Below are positions 56,201 to 62,955 of a DNA stretch of 64,000 nt, piece after piece (the first letter of the stretch is position 1; each line of letters opens with the position of its first letter). The notes beneath the pieces are model-generated. The model did not search any database, was not told the DNA's origin, and worked only from the letters and a program-made list of their open reading frames with translations. The stretch is from a virus: IMG/VR virus record IMGVR_UViG_3300027749_000046, one strand, 5' to 3'. The position numbers were made by a program, and so were the translations under genes.

Positions 56201-56569
56201 TTGTGTGGTGCTTCTGTGAAATTTTTCTGCATCAGATGCATTCTTAAATTTGAACGCAACGCCCTTATCAGAGCTATAGTGATATTCCCCACCGTGATTT
56301 TTTACGTGTTTGTGGAACTCATCAGACTTTAATTTTTCTGCGCCTTTTTTATCATATACTTTAACATGAACTGAGTGAATCGTTGACTGCTCATCGATGA
56401 TCTTTACCTTGATCTCGGCCTGCTTGGCGAGCTTAGACAACTCATCGGTAGGAGCGACGTCGTCAGGACGAGCTACGTTCTTTACTTTCTCACGAGCCTT
56501 GGTGTTGCGATCTACAGCCGCAGCCTCCATGACTCTCCTGATCTGAGCTTCTACCGATGTGTACTTCAT
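53285..56569 (-). CDS. Large modular charged protein, probable internal-head polyprotein
   Basis: 1094 aa of short modules separated by hydrophobic-x-E motifs. Confidence 0.75.
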   Translation of the reverse strand: MKYTSVEAQIRRVMEAAAVDRNTKAREKVKNVARPDDVAPTDELSKLAKQAEIKVKIIDEQSTIHSVHVKVYDKKGAEKLKSDEFHKHVKNHGGEYHYSSDKGVAFKFKNASDAEKFHRSTTQKYRDLGSENDGPMSVNEANTRKLEKEDDNFGADFKAQGDRIQGMLDKDKASMLAKKTSQASVPVSLPTSSTSDPVSIPQGASKIGIGPNDQGPVDKFFGNFNRKIFSKEEISQINTRVNEVKGGDQSLHSARAVKGGVTEIDIHPKTVDRDTETDKSPAKSKKIFKDQGIFNKEIQKEEAEQLDEVGNTPAGKNALKQVQARADHHIMSSMGDGGVLNNRNYDPADLKKNVRVSLQAAKRLNKEDSEIDEQEIHFGNIGTGIQSKMRAALSRRRELEKQSSTRKMNLHAGDNNDSQDDQDPVKKLSSALDKMPDVMSAVSKSAGKTPEQAQAASAATKDLLDKSKAGTATRKDASDYFNTIISPEDRKRFGKDINKTLSFYKEDAKMATVPLPPVRPKDTASSSVPLPPKKPKDKNANIDSNQGGMNPPAGKGYGGADTGMNTIESVLGAGELDLIEKINLMHEDDSFGSAFASARKKAGGAGGKFTYKGKEYQTNVAGEKYVSNPKSVDEPANPGVSSGTRPSEVPDSKPAEPKNPGVSSGTRPSEVPDSKPASKPDTTPSVAPQTKPRLSTTVAGLVNKDQNRDKQDPGRTAGDVKDYFKKKPEYRAKAKDIYPDAEDDTDTNESIIFTADELAHFASLAEAKKSMKLPMNRPTIGNQAGEKGDQSGENPTNSTARYDISDEKKLVGKQYKLDKNHNGKIDAKDFRLLHKEETLDEAIKSAFKLGNEVTIHNPGSSLHGKKGTVGKIHRGIPGSKKLYYTVYHGDRSSQFPKENLRIVKEDSDGDTLAAAERQYAANKLNMVKGKSVNTPQMTDTYPSSDTSKYTTGGTAKYRANKGQSMSQSDFEKLANESHNSISLLAKFIEEEEAKRGKGRPKKAKSEDGDTPSENRANLVAQISDKKPDNNGHLTLDIDGEKHKVHLKHVQKFLGSYHAAQGAEMKDAVERGFKSMITGKSYAPKPRVSLGGSKR
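54539..54670 (-). repeat. Tandem 66-bp coding duplication (EPxNPGVSSGTRPSEVPDSKPA x2)
   Basis: Two copies visible at both protein and DNA level, with mostly synonymous differences. Confidence 0.9.
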
Positions 56570-56573
56570 CTCT

Positions 56574-57011
56574 TTATGCCTTTAATATTGACTTAAGCAT
56601 CCAGTCGTGCTTATAGTGTCTGTCTACTCTGTCTTGCAAGAAATTGGCGAGGCCAACAGCGTTCTCTTTCTCTGCCATCTTCTGGGCTTCCTTGAGCAAC
56701 TCTATTACAGCGATGTTGTCAGACTGGAGCTTAGATATCATAGACATAGCGGGAGGTATGTTGGTCTCGTCTTTTACTATAGATAGATCTGTATAGCGCA
56801 CGAACGAGCCGGGAGCGTAAGATCCAAGAGTTCTGATCTCTTCTGCAATAGTGTCTACAGAATCGTGAATTTCCTCGTACAGATCATTCAGGAATGAATG
56901 ATACTGCGGAAAGTTAGGACCCTCTACATTCCAGTGAAAATAGTGCGCCTTTAGGTACAGCGCAAAAACGCTGGCCAGCACCACCTTCATCTTCTCAACT
57001 AGTTCATTCAT
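56574..57011 (-). CDS. dps: Dps / ferritin-like protein
   Basis: KAHYFHWNVEGPNFPQYH...DTIAEEIRTLG...HYKHDWML. Confidence 0.92.
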   Translation of the reverse strand: MNELVEKMKVVLASVFALYLKAHYFHWNVEGPNFPQYHSFLNDLYEEIHDSVDTIAEEIRTLGSYAPGSFVRYTDLSIVKDETNIPPAMSMISKLQSDNIAVIELLKEAQKMAEKENAVGLANFLQDRVDRHYKHDWMLKSILKA

Positions 57012-57012
57012 A

Positions 57013-57246
57013 TTAATCAGCCTTCTTTTTTCTTCCGCGCTTTACTTTTTCTACTACTTCTTTAACTTCTTCTGCTACAGCACCTACTACGACGGTCTCG
57101 ATATTAGGAACTTCTTCTTTTACTTTTGCTACCACCTCGGCGGCGACTTCTTTAACTGCCTCTTCTGCGGTCTCTTTCTTAGTGAGCATCTTATAGACCA
57201 CCGCGATTAAAACTGCAATACCTAATCCTACAATAATAAAATCCAT
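57013..57246 (-). CDS. Small membrane-anchored protein
   Basis: N-terminal TM; E/V/K-rich; KRGRKKK tail. Confidence 0.7.
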   Translation of the reverse strand: MDFIIVGLGIAVLIAVVYKMLTKKETAEEAVKEVAAEVVAKVKEEVPNIETVVVGAVAEEVKEVVEKVKRGRKKKAD

Positions 57247-57257
57247 TTTTACCTCCG

Positions 57258-57428
57258 TTATGAACCACCATCTCCACCGCCAGAGCTTCCGCTCTTTCCG
57301 GGTGGATGCTTTTCTATCTTCCCCGATGCCATGCGAATGGCAACCATTGGTGCAGACACTTCTTTTCTCTTTCCAGTCGTGCCTTGGGGTACACTCAATT
57401 CTCTAAGAAGCTCACTGAACTTCTTCAT
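57258..57428 (-). CDS. Small protein with capsid-targeting-like N-terminus (56 aa, not in the ORF track)
   Basis: MKKFSELLRE-LSVPQG...; ATGA-coupled. Confidence 0.65.
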   Translation of the reverse strand: MKKFSELLRELSVPQGTTGKRKEVSAPMVAIRMASGKIEKHPPGKSGSSGGGDGGS

Positions 57429-57841
57429 CTATTTAGTATTCTTCTCATCGTATCAACGTGATCTCTGTCTTTCTGCTTCTCTGGCTCAGGGAGCTCAGAG
57501 TAAGGCACGTGTTGAGATGCGTTGTAGTCAGCTTTAGGGTTTCTCTTCATCCACTCTTTGTGCACGTGATCGGCTGCAGCCTCTGTGTCTTTGCCGTGCT
57601 TACGTAGAGCTACAAGCGCGGCCTTGCCAGCCTCAATATTCTCTTTCTGCCAATCTGGATGAAGCTTATTAAATGGAACATTGATGTTACCCTCGGTACC
57701 GTCGCTGTTCTTCTTTATTCTCTCTTTTCCAGTATTCTCAGGGTCAAAAGTACTACGCCACTTGTCATGTTGAATTGCAGCAAACTGTCTCACGGCGTCT
57801 CTACCTCTTCCCTCGATAATATACTCAATAAAGCTTTTCAT
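57425..57841 (-). CDS. RyR-repeat domain protein with capsid-targeting-like N-terminus
   Basis: Two A..HxxW...PF/YxxL repeats, the second ending VPYSELPEPEKQKDRD. Confidence 0.7.
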   Translation of the reverse strand: MKSFIEYIIEGRGRDAVRQFAAIQHDKWRSTFDPENTGKERIKKNSDGTEGNINVPFNKLHPDWQKENIEAGKAALVALRKHGKDTEAAADHVHKEWMKRNPKADYNASQHVPYSELPEPEKQKDRDHVDTMRRILNR

Positions 57842-57842
57842 T

Positions 57843-58748
57843 TTAGCAGTCCCAAGCTCTGCGCGACCAGTAGTTAGCCGACGTCTTATTCGTTAGATTA
57901 CCCTGACCGCTTGAGCGTGCGCAGTACGAGCGCTTGCGAGCCGGAATATTCTTCTTAATGCTCAGGGTCTTATCGCCGAAGTTAACTTTCTTTACGTTGC
58001 CGGTCGTTGGGTCCTTGACGAACACTTTCGACTTCTTTACGTCACCCTTCATTGGCTTATTTAGAGGCACCTCACGACCTTGGTATTTCGCTTCATTTAT
58101 AGCGCATGGGCACGTTCCCGAGGAGCACTCGTTAAGCTCATACGACTCGCGAACTGTCTTCTTGATGGTAGAGATCTTCTTGCCGTGCTGACCTGGAGTT
58201 GCATTCTTATAGATTCTGACTGCCGAGTCTGTGGCGTCGAACCTCGAGTCTGAATCGTCTGGATTTGTCGACTGGAGCTCAGACGTCTCTGGGGTCTTGA
58301 AGTGCTTTGAGCTCTTGTGGATAGATCTGGCTGTATCGAGCGACTCATTCTGAGCTGCCCTGAAGTCGGCTGCAGTGGGACGGCCTTTCTCTCCAGGTCT
58401 GCGCATGTGCTCTCCAGAACCGCGCTTGATGCGCTCTTGCTTAGCGTGGATATTATCCCAGAGGCCTCTTATTTCTTGTAGATCTTTATCCATGTGCGCT
58501 GCTGCTCCGCCTGCTATAAATGAATTTACTCTGTTGAATGCATACTGCTCAGGAGACTCATTGAGTACCTGATCTGTATAATAGCTATCTATGCCACGAG
58601 TATAGACCTCTTCTAGAGTGTCTATATTATAACCACTTTTCTTTGATTTTTTGTATAGTGACAGCCTTATGGCGTCAGTAACTACGGCACTCCCGCGACT
58701 TTGCTCGGCAAAGTCTAGCTGAGGACTAGGGAGATATTTCTTTACCAT
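57843..58748 (-). CDS. Modular hypothetical protein (probable internal head protein)
   Basis: QYAFNRVNSF module, GLWDNIHAK module and AKYQGR...SANYWS module, separated by x-x-E sites. Confidence 0.75.
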   Translation of the reverse strand: MVKKYLPSPQLDFAEQSRGSAVVTDAIRLSLYKKSKKSGYNIDTLEEVYTRGIDSYYTDQVLNESPEQYAFNRVNSFIAGGAAAHMDKDLQEIRGLWDNIHAKQERIKRGSGEHMRRPGEKGRPTAADFRAAQNESLDTARSIHKSSKHFKTPETSELQSTNPDDSDSRFDATDSAVRIYKNATPGQHGKKISTIKKTVRESYELNECSSGTCPCAINEAKYQGREVPLNKPMKGDVKKSKVFVKDPTTGNVKKVNFGDKTLSIKKNIPARKRSYCARSSGQGNLTNKTSANYWSRRAWDC

Positions 58749-58811
58749 TGGAGTTTCCCTTGGGCTTATCCATGAACATTGCGCAGGATTGCCGTAGCCT
58801 TACTGCATCGC
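58672..58811 (-). ncRNA. Structured RNA element of unknown class
   Basis: Long closing stem CAGTAA/CTACGGCA/TCCTGCG pairs with CGCGGGA/TGCCGTAG/TTACTG; begins just after TATAAATA. Confidence 0.55.
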
Positions 58812-58816
58812 ATGTT

Positions 58817-58824
58817 TATTTATA
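58817..58824 (-). promoter_or_regulatory. T4-type late promoter TATAAATA
   Basis: Exact consensus, intergenic. Confidence 0.8.
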
Positions 58825-58845
58825 ATTTTTAATTATTTGCCGTGT

Positions 58846-59463
58846 TTAAGCCTTATGGTGTGTTATACGTACAGATCCATCTGACATGTGCTGAACGTGA
58901 TGTCCATGGAACTCAACATTCGGGTGCTTCTTCTTGAGTGCCAGCATGCCGTTGATATTATCTATTGAATCATCGTAGAGGTGCACCCTCTTGTGGCCGT
59001 GCCGGCTGATGGCGTCTGATATGATCTTGGCCTTAGCGGCCGCGGGCTTAACGCCGGTTATATTACCTGCGCGACGCACGTGAATCTTGCCTATGTCTAC
59101 GCCGTAGGACTTCCACTTGTCTGCGAACTTCTTCTTGTCGTCGAAGTCAGATCGCGCCGTGAGTATCTCGACATGTCCGCCGTTCCTGTGTATTGCCTTC
59201 ATCTTGCCGAGCATGCTGCGGATAGGCTTTGCTCCCTGCGCGAACTTCTTTGCCGACTTAAACTCAGAGAAGTCGTAGCTGTGTCCAGGAGGCAGCTTGT
59301 GATCGTTGAACTCAGATGAATTCAGGCTCTGTACTGTCTTACCGCGTGGGTCTTTTACGTGCACCCTGACGTTAGACCCGCTGGTGTGCATGAGTGTGTC
59401 ATCTACGTCGAAGTAGTGGATGCTGTGCTGGCTCTCGGTTAAGAATAAACCAAAAGACTTCAT
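58846..59463 (-). CDS. HAD-superfamily phosphatase with capsid-targeting-like N-terminus
   Basis: FDVDDTL (motif I), ILTAR (II), K (III), YDDS (IV). Confidence 0.8.
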   Translation of the reverse strand: MKSFGLFLTESQHSIHYFDVDDTLMHTSGSNVRVHVKDPRGKTVQSLNSSEFNDHKLPPGHSYDFSEFKSAKKFAQGAKPIRSMLGKMKAIHRNGGHVEILTARSDFDDKKKFADKWKSYGVDIGKIHVRRAGNITGVKPAAAKAKIISDAISRHGHKRVHLYDDSIDNINGMLALKKKHPNVEFHGHHVQHMSDGSVRITHHKA

Positions 59464-60107
59464 GTCTTGCTTTTCTTAGGCTTTGGCGTCATACCAGTAG
59501 CAACATCGTTATACATCTCTCTCGCGTGACTATCTGACATAGTAGACGGTACACCCTGACGAAATCCGTAGTAGTCGTTGTTGCGAACGTGCTCTCTCAT
59601 CTTAGATGCCGACATGCCACCGACACCCTCTGAGTCTGGATCTCTATCACCAGAAGAGACATACTCTATCTTCTTGAAGTTAAAGGGAATATTACCAGAC
59701 TTGTCTGCCTGACCGTTGTAGCGAGATATGAGCTTCTGATACTCAGGCAGTCTGTCGCTGCCTGCCACGAACACTAGGTGATTGTGTCCAGCTTGATGAA
59801 GTCTAGTGAGGTGGTGAATCAATGTCGGCTGATCGGGAGTAGCCGCAGTTATGTTAGCTCCAGGAAATGCTCTTCTTGCGTGCTTTACTTTCTGCTGAGA
59901 AGATAAAGGATTCTTATCTGGGTCTTGAGATCCAGATAAGACTATCTCGTGATGAGCCTTTCGTCTAGCAGCTTCTTCCATGACTTTATTTACTAGGGCC
60001 TCGTGACCAGATGTCGGAGGATTCATCCTACCGAAAGAGAACACCACCGGGTTCATCTTAGGACGACCTACGACACCCTCGGATATAAAGCGAATAAAGC
60101 TCTTCAT
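59460..60107 (-). CDS. HxGH-type (cytidylyltransferase-like) nucleotidyltransferase
   Basis: FGRMNPPTSGH, KNPL, VAGSDR, MSASKMR. Confidence 0.88.
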   Translation of the reverse strand: MKSFIRFISEGVVGRPKMNPVVFSFGRMNPPTSGHEALVNKVMEEAARRKAHHEIVLSGSQDPDKNPLSSQQKVKHARRAFPGANITAATPDQPTLIHHLTRLHQAGHNHLVFVAGSDRLPEYQKLISRYNGQADKSGNIPFNFKKIEYVSSGDRDPDSEGVGGMSASKMREHVRNNDYYGFRQGVPSTMSDSHAREMYNDVATGMTPKPKKSKT

Positions 60108-61375
60108 CAGCTGCCTCCTGCTATTCTACCCATGCCGGCGAGGTTGGCCGCGGCGAATCCCTCTGGGCTCTGGTCGACGAGCTTCTGCATGTTGCCTTGT
60201 GGGTCAACGTGTACGTAACCCTCGTGGCCTGTTGCTCTGTTTCCTATAGACTGACGAGTAGGAGAGTTTGCGTCGAGTGCTCTAACGAGTACGTTCTTTG
60301 CCCTGCTGAGGTGTCCCTCGAGATCGATAGCCTTGCCGAAGTGCTCTCTGTTGTTAGCTACCGACTGGAGCATCTCTCCGTATCTGTCCATTACTCTCTT
60401 CTTAGCAGCTTCAGTCTTAACTTTAGCTGCCTCTTTGGCTGCAGCTTCACTGAGGTGCTTTGTATATCCCTCGACGCTCGGTTTCTCTGGCTTCTCACCG
60501 GGCTGCATAGTGGCGCTTTTTCTAATAACGCCGTTGAGATAAGTCTCTAGTGGTATCTCATGACCGCGCATGGCCTCTAGAGCTTCCGGCTTCATGCTGC
60601 GATAGACTCTCTTGGCGCGTTCCTTGTGATCTTCATACTCACGCTGCATCTCTGGCGTATAGTTATCGGGATTGATCTTTACCCTAGGATCTACATCATG
60701 AACGTCGGGATGCTGCTGGAAGTCCTCGCGATTAACGTCAGGCGTCGCAGTCATGTTCTCTAGGCTGTTGCCCTTGTATCTCGTGTGAGTTACTATACCG
60801 AACTTAGAGCGCAGTGCTTTCTGAGCCTCGCCTGAGTTCTTAGGCAGCTTGTATCTCACCGTGTTTGGCTGGAAAGAAACCTCGTCGCCGTTTGTCTCAA
60901 TATCTTTCTTTCCAGAGTGCATCGCGTCTCCCTGATAGACTTGGTCTGGATAGCGATTACCAATTTTCTTTGGCTTAGGCATGATCTTAGGCAAGTTCTC
61001 AAGTGCGGCCTTGAGCTTCTCAACTAGTCCTGGGGCATGCCCGTGATTTCTCTCGATATCTTCTGGCGTGTAGTTGATCTTTGGATTCTTATTGAAGGCA
61101 GACTTACTGGCTACAAAGAACCTACCTGTCTCTGGGTGATGCCCATAGACTATAGATGGAGCGCCATCGTACTTAGTTGTAAGCGAGTGCCTGCCGCCTC
61201 TTGGCTTCTTACCTTTGACAATCGACTCAACTGCATCTAGTGAGTCAGATGCTCTAGAAACACCCTCATTACCGCCAGTTATAGGCAGGCGATTTAAGTG
61301 CTCTAGGTGCTTTAGCTTTTGACCCTCAGGAGAAGCTTCTTCTTGTTCTAATATAAATCTCTTAAAACTAATCAT
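60107..61375 (-). CDS. Putative ATP-dependent ligase-fold protein (DUF6267-like)
   Basis: HLEHL, TKYDG (KxDG), YQGD, EGYV, KLVD. Confidence 0.65.
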   Translation of the reverse strand: MISFKRFILEQEEASPEGQKLKHLEHLNRLPITGGNEGVSRASDSLDAVESIVKGKKPRGGRHSLTTKYDGAPSIVYGHHPETGRFFVASKSAFNKNPKINYTPEDIERNHGHAPGLVEKLKAALENLPKIMPKPKKIGNRYPDQVYQGDAMHSGKKDIETNGDEVSFQPNTVRYKLPKNSGEAQKALRSKFGIVTHTRYKGNSLENMTATPDVNREDFQQHPDVHDVDPRVKINPDNYTPEMQREYEDHKERAKRVYRSMKPEALEAMRGHEIPLETYLNGVIRKSATMQPGEKPEKPSVEGYTKHLSEAAAKEAAKVKTEAAKKRVMDRYGEMLQSVANNREHFGKAIDLEGHLSRAKNVLVRALDANSPTRQSIGNRATGHEGYVHVDPQGNMQKLVDQSPEGFAAANLAGMGRIAGGS

Positions 61376-62544
61376 CTACCTAGACTTTCTTCATCTGAAC
61401 TAAATTGAGAACCGCCGTGCATTCCTGAAGAAGGTAGCTTTACTTTATTTTTAGTGGGAAGCACCGATGACTTATTAACAACTGGCTTTCTTGTTAGATA
61501 AGGCGCTTGAGTAGTAGAGTTAAATCCCTTTGTAGGGCCGCTCCCCTTTTTAATTCCCTGTGTTAACACGGGAGTAAAGTCAGACTCACCTTTTCTTCTA
61601 CCTTCTATCTTTACACTAATACCTCCGCTATGTGGAGCAGTCCTGAGCTCTTCATAATCATTGAGAGTATTGCGTGCGTCTTGAACGTCATTCATGTGAT
61701 GAGATAAATCTACACCATTTCTTCCAACTTGGCCGTGATATCTAAAATGCTGAAAGGTAGTCTTAGGTGCAACGATATCATTAACATAATTTTTGAGATC
61801 ATTAGTATTCTTTTTTGCAAGACTCTTTGTGAGAGCACCAGCTACGTTTCTTTGAACTTCACCAGCAGACTTTTCAGCGTCAGCGGCTGCTTGTCTTTCT
61901 TTAGGATTCTGACTGTCTCTAAATCTCTTAAAGGTATCATGACTGTCGATACCAAGCTCTTTAAGACGCTTTGCGTGTCTATCTCTGTGGCTAACCAGAT
62001 CTGATTCATTTGCTCCGGACATTCTGGCTAGTGTTTCAAATCCATTATTTCTAAGATTAGGTGTCTTCATAGTACCGTATTTTAAGCTTATACCTACAGG
62101 TCCCTTGTTAGTCTGAAGCATAACATCGGCATCACTGTTTGTATCTTTCTTGCCGGTAAAGCTCTCGTGATCTGAAGGCTGAGAAGTCCAAGCACCGTGA
62201 TGAATGGTATGATGTCCAGCTGCAGCAAGTTGCTGTCTTATATTGGCCGCGGCCTGTGCAGAATGCTTTGCGATCTGATCATACATACCAGGATATCTTG
62301 CATCTAATTCTGTCTTGATCTTATCGTGGATATCGCTTGGTGTCTTGCCCTCTTCATCTCTGAAATGCTGCAGCATTTCATTAGGTCCACCGTGTTTTGG
62401 GTGAGTTCCACTGTGGAGATGCGATCCAGTTAAGATCTCAAATAGCTTACCTTTAGCATCGTTTAAGTTAAAACTTTTCTCTTTTTCTTTCTTTGGCTTT
62501 ATTACTCTTGCCTCAGATAGAATAAATTGCTTAAATGGTATCAT
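61372..62544 (-). CDS. Putative PD-(D/E)XK-like nuclease with capsid-targeting-like N-terminus
   Basis: GKLFE...DADVML...GISLK. Confidence 0.55.
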   Translation of the reverse strand: MIPFKQFILSEARVIKPKKEKEKSFNLNDAKGKLFEILTGSHLHSGTHPKHGGPNEMLQHFRDEEGKTPSDIHDKIKTELDARYPGMYDQIAKHSAQAAANIRQQLAAAGHHTIHHGAWTSQPSDHESFTGKKDTNSDADVMLQTNKGPVGISLKYGTMKTPNLRNNGFETLARMSGANESDLVSHRDRHAKRLKELGIDSHDTFKRFRDSQNPKERQAAADAEKSAGEVQRNVAGALTKSLAKKNTNDLKNYVNDIVAPKTTFQHFRYHGQVGRNGVDLSHHMNDVQDARNTLNDYEELRTAPHSGGISVKIEGRRKGESDFTPVLTQGIKKGSGPTKGFNSTTQAPYLTRKPVVNKSSVLPTKNKVKLPSSGMHGGSQFSSDEESLGR

Positions 62545-62578
62545 GTCGTAAGCCTCATGGAAGTTAGATTGTTCTCAA

Positions 62579-62586
62579 TATTTATA
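62579..62586 (-). promoter_or_regulatory. T4-type late promoter TATAAATA
   Basis: Exact consensus, upstream of the 62544 operon. Confidence 0.8.
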
Positions 62587-62590
62587 TAAT

Positions 62591-62620
62591 AAAAAAGGGA
62601 AGCCCCTAAGAGCTTCCCTT
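62591..62620 (-). terminator. Intrinsic terminator
   Basis: GGGAAGCTC-TTAG-GGGCTTCCC-TTTTTT. Confidence 0.85.
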
Positions 62621-62740
62621 TACGACGTGGACAGGAGGAACCCCACCTACCGTATACTGGCGACCTGTCAATTCCAATCCTCGCGGCTTGCCTCTTGTGC
62701 TGCAGGCACAAACGCGTCGAAGTATTCACAAGATATGTGC
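62621..62740 (-). ncRNA. Candidate small structured RNA (own late promoter and terminator)
   Basis: Multi-stem fold: CGACG/CGTCG, TTGTGC/GCACAA, GACAGG/CCTGTC; no credible ORF. Confidence 0.6.
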
Positions 62741-62745
62741 ATACA

Positions 62746-62955
62746 TTATTTATAACCAGAAACAGTATTTTCAAACTTTTCTACAAATATTTTTTTCAAT
62801 ACAAAAGACGGAGTCCAGCCATCAAAAGCCCCACCTAGATTCAAGAAGCGACAGCGTGTTTTCATTTCTTTTTCTACACCAAAGGCAACGATATGGTCCG
62901 TTGACTTCTCGACGATAGCGTACGTGTTCTTCTTTTGAATAACTTTATAGTTCAT
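62746..62955 (-). CDS. Conserved small protein downstream of gp41
   Basis: LNLGGAFDGWTPSF motif; TAATG-coupled to gp41. Confidence 0.75.
   Translation of the reverse strand: MNYKVIQKKNTYAIVEKSTDHIVAFGVEKEMKTRCRFLNLGGAFDGWTPSFVLKKIFVEKFENTVSGYK
62747..62754 (-). promoter_or_regulatory. T4-type late promoter TATAAATA
   Basis: Exact consensus, overlapping the stop of 62746..62955. Confidence 0.75.

Noticed and set aside
62541-62774. 77-aa minus-strand ORF across the candidate ncRNA
   Set aside because: Overlaps the upstream gene, crosses a terminator and two promoters, and has no protein-like features
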